A stretch of 64,000 nucleotides of DNA from a bacterium. Its GTDB lineage: Bacteria; UBA8248. Positions 47,056-53,714 of the stretch are shown here, piece after piece. The translations under genes and the position numbers were made by a program. The notes beneath the pieces are model-generated. The model ran no database searches, was not told the origin of the DNA, and saw only the letters and a program-made list of their open reading frames with translations. How positions within the stretch are numbered: position 1 is the stretch's first letter; each line of letters begins with the position of its first letter. The stretch covers positions 928,001-992,000 of the forward strand of contig OZ241326.1 in NCBI GenBank assembly GCA_965199855.1, read 5' to 3'.

Positions 47056-50013
47056 ATGCCGCCTCTCACGCTGGGACTCGACCTGGGCCCCAACTCCATC
47101 GGCTGGACGCTCATCGAAGAGAACGAAGCGGGCGACCCCGCGCGCCTGAAGGCCATGGGCGTCCGCGCGTTTCAGGAGATGGTGGACAGGAAGACCAAGA
47201 CGCCGAAGAACCACAAGAGGCGGGACGCGCGGCAGGCGCGCCGCCAGCGCGGAAGGCGAAAGATGCGGCGCGAGACCCTCCGGCGCCAGCTCGTTCGGGC
47301 CGGGCTTCTGCCCGAGGACGCCGGGGCGCTGCGCGGGCTGTTTCACGAGGCCGACCCCTACGAAGTCAGGAAGCGCGGCCTCGACGAGGAGCTGACGCCG
47401 CGCGAGCTGGGCCGCGCCATCTTCCACCTGAACCAGAGGCGGGGGTTTCTGAGCAACCGCAAGGTGCGCGACTCGGGCGAGAAGAAAAAGGAGGACGGCG
47501 TCGCCCTCAAGGAAATCGGGGAGCTGAAAAAGGAAATCAAGGAAGCCGGAAGCCGCACGCTGGGCGAGTTTCTGGCGGGCAAGCCCAAGAAGAGGAGCCG
47601 CCGCACGGAGCGGAGAATGTATGAGGAGGAGTTCGACGTCCTCTGGCGGAAGCAGGCGGAGTTTCACCCCGACTTGCTCACCGACGCCCTTCGCGCCCGC
47701 CTCCGCAAGACCCTGTTCTTCCAGCGGCCCCTGAAGGTTCAGAAGTTTCTCGTCGGGAGATGCACCTTCGAGCCGCACAGGAAGCGATGCCCCTGGCGCC
47801 GGCCGGAGGCGCAATGGTTCCGCGCGCTTCAGGACGTGAACCATCTCGAGATCAAGGACCCGAAAACGCGCCTGTACCGCCCTCTCCGGGAGGAGGAGAG
47901 AGAGGCGATCAAGGGACTGCTCCGGGAGCGGAAAACGCTTTGCTGGAAGAGCATCCGCAGGGCGCTGGGTCTCCACGAGGGCGAGACCTTCAACATCGAG
48001 GACGGCGGCAAGAAGAACCTCATCGGCGCGCGCACGCTCATCGCCGTCCGCAAAATCCTCACGAAGGAGACGTGGGAGGCCATGCCCGAAGCCGACCGCG
48101 CCGCCTTCTTCGAGGACCTGTTCAGCATCGACAAGGAAGAGCTCCTCCTGAAGCGGCTGGAGCGGCGCTGGAATCTCTCGCGCGAGCAGGCGAACGCGCT
48201 GCTGAACACGGAGTTTCAGCCGGGCTACGCCAGCCTCTCTCTGCGCGCGATTCGCAGAATCACGCCGCACCTGGAGCGGGGGCTGAACTATCACGACGCG
48301 TATCAGGAGGAGGGCTATCAGCGCGAGGATCAGAAGAAAGTCGAGGCGGGCGACGCGCTCGCTCCCGCCCCGGCTCTCAGGAATCCCATCGTCCAGAAGG
48401 CGATCAACGAGACGCGCAGGGTGGTGAACGCGATCATCCGGGAATACGGAAAGCCGGACATCATCCGCGTGGAGCTCGCCCGCGACATGAAGCTCAGCCA
48501 GAAGCGCAAGAAGGCGCTCGACCTCCAGAACAGAAAGAACAGGGACATGAACGACGAGGCGCGCAAGCTGATGGCGGAGCTCGGAGTGTTCGACAACGGG
48601 GGCAACCGGCTCAGATACCGCCTGTGGAAGGAGCAGAAGTGCAAGTGCCCCTACACGGGCAGGAGCATCGGGGGGCGCGATATTTTCAGCCCCGAGTTCG
48701 AGATCGATCACATCCTCCCCTACAGCCGGACGCTGGACGACTCCTACATGAACAGAACCCTCTCCCTGGCCTCCGCCAACCGGGCGAAGGGAAACAATAC
48801 CCCCCGGGAGTGGAAGGAGGGCGGCGAGGGGTTCGCCGACATGCTCCAGCGCGTCTCCGCCATGAAGGAGATGCCCTTCTCCAAGAGGCGGCGCTTCGAG
48901 CAGAAGGAGATCGACACGGACGGCTTCATCGACCGCCAGCTCAACGACGCCCGCTACATCAGCCGCGAGGTGAGCCGGTATCTCCAGGCGCTCGGCGCGG
49001 AGGTTCAGGTGACGACGGGGCAGGCCACCGCCGCCCTGCGCCGCTCCTGGCGCCTCGACGGAATTCTCGCCATCGACTCCGACTTGGAGAAAAACCGCGC
49101 CGACCATCGCCACCACGCCATCGACGCGCTGGTCATCGCCCTCACGAGCCGCAAGCTGTTTCTCGCCATCGCGCGCCTCTCCGCCGAGCGGCGCGAGGTT
49201 CTGGGAAAGAAGCGCTTTCCGCTTCCGCCGCCCTGGCCCGGTTTCATGGACGAGGCGCGGGAGAAGGTGGGCGGCATCGTCGTCTCCCACCAGCCGCTCG
49301 GGAAGATCACCGGCGCCTTCCACGAGGAGACCGCCTACGGGCGCATCGAGCATGAGGGGCGCGAGGCTTTCGTCCGCCGGGTTCCGCTGGAGTCGCTCAC
49401 GGCGAAGCAGGTGGAGAAAATCGTGGACGCCCGCGTCCGGGAGCTGGTGAGCGATCGCATGGCCGCCCACGACAACAAGGCCAGGGACGCCTTCGCCAAC
49501 AAGCCCCTGTGGCTGGAGCATTCCCGCAAGCGGACGGGAAGAACGCGAATCAGGACGGTTCGCGTCGCCGAGAATCTCAACCCGGACGGCCTGTTCGGGG
49601 TGAAGCGGCAGGGCGAGGAGACGCCCTTCAAGTATTACGCATACGGGAACAACCACCACGTCGAGATCATCGAGAACGAGAAGACGGGCAGGCGAAAGGG
49701 CGTCGTCGTCACGGCGATGGAGGCCGCCCGGCGCGCCCGCCGGGAAGGAGTCCCTATCGTCCGGCGCAACCATGGCCCGGAATGGCGCTTCGTCATGTCG
49801 CTTTCCATCAACGATATGGTGAGGCTCGACAAGCCCGTGAACGGCTGCGATCTGTATCGGGTTCAAAAACTGTCAGCAACAGGGCAGATGCAAATGATGT
49901 TGCGGGCGCATACGGCCGCTACCCTGGATGACAATGCAACATGTGTAAGGCTAAACCCCAACACGCTCAGGGGACGAAAGATCTCCGTCGATCCTTTGGG
50001 GAACATAATCTGA
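47056..50013 (+). CDS. cas9: Type II-C Cas9, compact (985 aa), catalytic motifs intact
   Basis: RuvC-I LGLDLG, Arg-rich bridge helix, RuvC-II VELARD, HNH EIDHILP...N, RuvC-III HHAIDA. Confidence 0.97.
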   Translation: MPPLTLGLDLGPNSIGWTLIEENEAGDPARLKAMGVRAFQEMVDRKTKTPKNHKRRDARQARRQRGRRKMRRETLRRQLVRAGLLPEDAGALRGLFHEADPYEVRKRGLDEELTPRELGRAIFHLNQRRGFLSNRKVRDSGEKKKEDGVALKEIGELKKEIKEAGSRTLGEFLAGKPKKRSRRTERRMYEEEFDVLWRKQAEFHPDLLTDALRARLRKTLFFQRPLKVQKFLVGRCTFEPHRKRCPWRRPEAQWFRALQDVNHLEIKDPKTRLYRPLREEEREAIKGLLRERKTLCWKSIRRALGLHEGETFNIEDGGKKNLIGARTLIAVRKILTKETWEAMPEADRAAFFEDLFSIDKEELLLKRLERRWNLSREQANALLNTEFQPGYASLSLRAIRRITPHLERGLNYHDAYQEEGYQREDQKKVEAGDALAPAPALRNPIVQKAINETRRVVNAIIREYGKPDIIRVELARDMKLSQKRKKALDLQNRKNRDMNDEARKLMAELGVFDNGGNRLRYRLWKEQKCKCPYTGRSIGGRDIFSPEFEIDHILPYSRTLDDSYMNRTLSLASANRAKGNNTPREWKEGGEGFADMLQRVSAMKEMPFSKRRRFEQKEIDTDGFIDRQLNDARYISREVSRYLQALGAEVQVTTGQATAALRRSWRLDGILAIDSDLEKNRADHRHHAIDALVIALTSRKLFLAIARLSAERREVLGKKRFPLPPPWPGFMDEAREKVGGIVVSHQPLGKITGAFHEETAYGRIEHEGREAFVRRVPLESLTAKQVEKIVDARVRELVSDRMAAHDNKARDAFANKPLWLEHSRKRTGRTRIRTVRVAENLNPDGLFGVKRQGEETPFKYYAYGNNHHVEIIENEKTGRRKGVVVTAMEAARRARREGVPIVRRNHGPEWRFVMSLSINDMVRLDKPVNGCDLYRVQKLSATGQMQMMLRAHTAATLDDNATCVRLNPNTLRGRKISVDPLGNII

Positions 50014-50030
50014 AGCCCAGGAGACCGCCC

Positions 50031-50924
50031 ATGATCAAAAGAATCGTAGAGATCGGTAGTCCCGCCCGTCTCTCGCTCAGCAAGAAGCAGCTGAAGGTCG
50101 AGCGGGAGGAGTTCGCCGCCGAGTCGCTCCCCGTGGAGGATCTGGGGGTTCTGATTCTCGACCACCCCGCCATCCGTCCCTCACAGGGGCTGCTATCCGA
50201 GTGCATGAAGAACAACGTGGCCGTCGTCATGTGCGACGAGAAGCACCTGCCCGCCTCCGTCCTGCTTCCCCTGGACGGCCACACCCTGCACAGCAAAATC
50301 GTCAGGGAGCAGGCCGCCGCCACCCCCGGCAGAATGGGCCGCATCTGGCGGGCGATTGTCCGCGCGAAGATTCTCGCCCAGGCGGACGCCCTGGACGCCT
50401 TTGACGAATACGGCGGCCCGCTTCGCGCCATCGCCGGGCGCGCCGGACGGGAGAACCCCGCCCACGCCGAGGCGCGCGCCGCGCGGATGTATTGGCCCAG
50501 AATGTTCGGCGAGGACTTCAGGCGCAACCGCGCCCTTCCCGGCGTGAACCGCCTGCTGAACTACGGCTACTCGCTCGTGCGCGCGGCGACGGCGCGGGCG
50601 GTCGTCGCCGCGGGGCTTCACCCCGCCTTCGGTCTCCACCACCACAACCAGTACGACGGCTTCTGCCTCGCCGACGACCTGATGGAGCCTCTGCGCCCGA
50701 TGGTGGACCGCAGGGTGCGCCTCATGCGCGACGCGCCGGACTTCTGGGGGGAGGAGCCGAAGCTCGGCAGGGAGGAGAAGCGCGAGCTGCTGGGCGCGCT
50801 GGCGGGCGAGGCGCGGCTCGGCGGCAGGACCTACCCCCTTCTCACCGCCCTGCAATACTACGCCGCCGGCGTTCGCCGCGTCCTCTGCGGAGAGGAGAAG
50901 GAGACGGACATCCCCCGGCCATGA
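50031..50924 (+). CDS. cas1: Type II Cas1
   Basis: EARAARMYW, LNYGY, GLHHHN, LADDLMEPLRP. Confidence 0.96.
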   Translation: MIKRIVEIGSPARLSLSKKQLKVEREEFAAESLPVEDLGVLILDHPAIRPSQGLLSECMKNNVAVVMCDEKHLPASVLLPLDGHTLHSKIVREQAAATPGRMGRIWRAIVRAKILAQADALDAFDEYGGPLRAIAGRAGRENPAHAEARAARMYWPRMFGEDFRRNRALPGVNRLLNYGYSLVRAATARAVVAAGLHPAFGLHHHNQYDGFCLADDLMEPLRPMVDRRVRLMRDAPDFWGEEPKLGREEKRELLGALAGEARLGGRTYPLLTALQYYAAGVRRVLCGEEKETDIPRP

Positions 50925-51250
50925 CCTTCGGGGGGCTGCGCTCCATGTGGCTCATGGTGATGTTCGACCTGCCGACCGACACGAAGGCGGCGCGCAAGGC
51001 GTATCAGGCGTTTCGGGGCGCGCTGCTGGAGGACGGCTTCACCATGCTCCAGTATTCGGTCTATGCCCGCCACTGCCCGAGCAGCGAGAACGCCGGGGCG
51101 CACGAGAGGCGGGTGAACGCCGCCCTGCCCCCCGACGGGGAGGTGCGGCTCCTTCTTTTCACCGACGCGCAGTTCTCGCGCATGAAAATTTTTCACGGAA
51201 AGGTTCGGGGGGCGACGGAGAAGGCTCCCGATCAGGTCTCGCTGTTCTGA
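50921..51250 (+). CDS. cas2: Cas2
   Basis: MWLMVMFDLPT, LLEDGFTMLQYSVY; ATGA overlap with cas1; no csn2 or cas4, hence II-C. Confidence 0.96.
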   Translation: MTFGGLRSMWLMVMFDLPTDTKAARKAYQAFRGALLEDGFTMLQYSVYARHCPSSENAGAHERRVNAALPPDGEVRLLLFTDAQFSRMKIFHGKVRGATEKAPDQVSLF

Positions 51251-51280
51251 CCCGCTTCGGGAGCCTGAACCCCAACCGGT

Positions 51281-51340
51281 GCTGATCGATGCCTGGCGCA
51301 ATTCACAACTACAAGAAGTGACTGGTTTATTGCGTTTCCC
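51281..51340 (-). ncRNA. Solitary-repeat crRNA-like RNA (scaRNA/CreA-like): guide ...AAACCAGTCACTTCTTGTA plus degenerate repeat
   Basis: Minus strand 51309->51281 is GTTGTGAATTGCGCCAGGCATCGATCAGC; the 13 nt just 5' of it match 51636-51648; 5' end uncertain. Confidence 0.72.
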
Positions 51341-51396
51341 AGCTTCTTGCCCTACTATCAAATGACCCGTGGCGCGGGGAGAAGCCTATGTGCTGA

Positions 51397-51507
51397 CTAG
51401 CGGGATTTTGGCTTCGACCGCTTATGCGGCTTTACTGGTACCGTTTTGGGACCAGGCTTGTTGCCAGGACGAACTTGCCGCACTTTCTTCTGGCAATTAT
51501 TAGCCAT
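51397..51507 (-). CDS. 36-aa cationic Pro-rich peptide MANNCQKKVRQVRPGNKPGPKTVPVKPHKRSKPKSR (candidate Cas9-repressed toxin/effector)
   Basis: Strong SD AAGGAGG 5 nt before the ATG; promoter-like sequence upstream; 8 K, 4 R, 6 P, no acidic residues. Confidence 0.65.
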   Translation of the reverse strand: MANNCQKKVRQVRPGNKPGPKTVPVKPHKRSKPKSR

Positions 51508-51628
51508 AGCTCCCTCCTTTCTCCTCTGGTCATCACCCAGAGGTGGAAAAGTCAGGGCGAACGAGCGGATTTCCCCGCGCCACGGGGAACTCAAGTAGAT
51601 TTCATCTCTAACGCCCACCGCGTATATG

Positions 51629-51657
51629 ATACTACGTCACTTCTTGTAAGAAATCAA
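51629..51657 (-). promoter_or_regulatory. Sigma70-like promoter containing the 13-nt guide target
   Basis: TTGATT (51657-51652), 17-nt spacer, TAGTAT (51634-51629); A/T-rich region upstream. Confidence 0.7.
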
Positions 51658-51806
51658 TAAAATAATCTGGAAAATAGCATATTTTATTCCCATCCGCCGC
51701 AATCGCTTGGCTTGATGATATTTTCCTTGCGCGCTCCCGGTAGATGAGCCCCGCCAAGATACTCGCCTTTGTCCGTCCTCGGTTGTGTTAATCAATGCGC
51801 CTAGCA

Positions 51807-51873
51807 GACAGAAAAGGCTCCCTAGCGGATCACGTTGTTGTGACCTGCTTCCGGGAGCCTAAACCTAACCGGT
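51807..51873 (+). repeat. Diverged direct copy of the cas2 3' end and leader (other copy 51214-51280)
   Basis: 54 of 68 aligned columns identical by hand; translates TEKAP*RITLL* versus cas2 TEKAPDQVSLF*. Confidence 0.8.
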
Positions 51874-51894
51874 TCAAACCGTTCGAGAGAACAT

Positions 51895-53377
51895 ATTATA
51901 GCTGATCGATGCCTGCCCGCAATTCACAACTGACATACCCAGTGCTCCGCCGCGCGCTTCATTATAGCTGATCGATGCCTGCCCGCAATTCACAACTGAC
52001 GTTTTCGGCGACGTCGTACTCAATCGATTATAGCTGATCGATGCCTGCCCGCAATTCACAACCCAGTCGCTGGCCTTCGCGCTCGGCCACGATTATAGCT
52101 GATCGATGCCTGCCCGCAATTCACAACTCGCGCACGTAACGCTCCGCGTCGTCCTCGATTATAGCTGATCGATGCCTGCCCGCAATTCACAACTCAAGCA
52201 CGCGGGAGAGCCGGACTTCTCCATTATAGCTGATCGATGCCTGCCCGCAATTCACAACGACCTCGCGCTCAGGCTGCGCGCTGAGTTATTATAGCTGATC
52301 GATGCCTGCCCGCAATTCACAACCGTGGGGGGCGAAGGTTCTCACGCGAGGCGATTATAGCTGATCGATGCCTGCCCGCAATTCACAACCCGGCAAACCC
52401 CTTTGAACCGCCTTTTTTCATTATAGCTGATCGATGCCTGCCCGCAATTCACAACTTCGGCAATTTGTCGTTCCGGCAACCGTTGATTATAGCTGATCGA
52501 TGCCTGCCCGCAATTCACAACCGGTGAACATTTCCCATCTGCCTCTCGAAGATTATAGCTGATCGATGCCTGCCCGCAATTCACAACCGCATGCGCTGGG
52601 CGGCGCTCGCGCATCTCATTATAGCTGATCGATGCCTGCCCGCAATTCACAACTGCGCGGGGACATTTGCCGTGGCGTCCCTATTATAGCTGATCGATGC
52701 CTGCCCGCAATTCACAACTCAGGGGCGCATGGATCCACCTGGACGGGGATTATAGCTGATCGATGCCTGCCCGCAATTCACAACCGATCCTGACGCAGCC
52801 GGAGGTCGTCGCGCATTATAGCTGATCGATGCCTGCCCGCAATTCACAACCGCGAGGGGCGGACAGGCCCAGCCCATGCGATTATAGCTGATCGATGCCT
52901 GCCCGCAATTCACAACCCTCCGCGATCATGTCCTCCGTCATCCCCTATTATAGCTGATCGATGCCTGCCCGCAATTCACAACATCCCCGCTCCCGTCCTC
53001 TTTCGAGTTGGCATTATAGCTGATCGATGCCTGCCCGCAATTCACAACGGATATCATTCAATGGATTCTCCCTCAACCATTATAGCTGATCGATGCCTGC
53101 CCGCAATTCACAACATCGGCCGCCGCCCGGGCGCGGACGCCCACATTATAGCTGATCGATGCCTGCCCGCAATTCACAACTGTGCCGCCCGAGGACGAGC
53201 GGCATCGGCATTATAGCTGATCGATGCCTGCCCGCAATTCACAACTGAAGGCGATGACGCCGTTCGCCGTCGGCGATTATAGCTGATCGATGCCTGCCCG
53301 CAATTCACAACTCTCGCCGCGGGTCGATGGCAACGCATTCAATTATAGCTGATCGATGCCTGCCCGCAATTCACAAC
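51895..53377 (-). CRISPR. Type II-C CRISPR array: 23 identical 36-bp repeats, 22 spacers of 29-30 bp
   Basis: crRNA-sense repeat GTTGTGAATTGCGGGCAGGCATCGATCAGCTATAAT; orientation inferred from tracrRNA complementarity and the terminal TATAAT. Confidence 0.98.
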
Positions 53378-53714
53378 CGCAGATCAGGAACATCGTCGCG
53401 CTCGGAATCGGCGCCATATTCGCCTTGCGAGCGTTGATCGAGCGGACGGCGAGGAATTGATGGCGGGCTGACAGCTCGCCGAAATTCATAATTTTTTGCG
53501 GTATTTTTATTATTCCAACGGGGTTTGTCCCCCCCCCCGGTCGCCACGAAAAACGAGGTCGAATTTCCCCGGGTTCCAGCCCCCGGGACGGCGCGCGTCA
53601 AAGGCGCGACATCGGGGCGGAACGGCTCGACTGAAAGGGGGCATGAAAAGCAGATTGTATCTAAATTTATGCAAAAGCGCGATCCGCGAGAACGCGCCGG
53701 TCGGGGTCGCCGGC

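Noticed and set aside
51281-51309. Solitary repeat as just an eroded terminal repeat, or as the main tracrRNA
   Set aside because: It is ~590 bp from the array and its flank matches a promoter exactly at the seed. A better tracrRNA with terminator and -35 box lies at 46878-47005. A second-tracrRNA role is not fully excluded.
51329-51364. Second, highly degenerate repeat upstream of the guide
   Set aside because: Only 16 of 36 positions match without gaps; too weak to call.
51397-51660. ORF-track calls 51397..51618 (-, 73 aa) and 51424..51660 (+, 78 aa)
   Set aside because: The GTG at 51618 lies only a few nt from the predicted transcription start and has no SD, while ATG 51507 has a strong one. 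The + ORF has no RBS or recognisable features.
51874-52913. Short ORFs with VVNCGQASISYN repeats
   Set aside because: They are translations of the CRISPR repeats.
53246-53275. Spacer 21 shares GAAGGCGATGACG with 16801-16813
   Set aside because: A partial match in GC-rich coding sequence, one of many spacer-by-window comparisons, so likely chance. I noticed no full self-target, but the search was not exhaustive.
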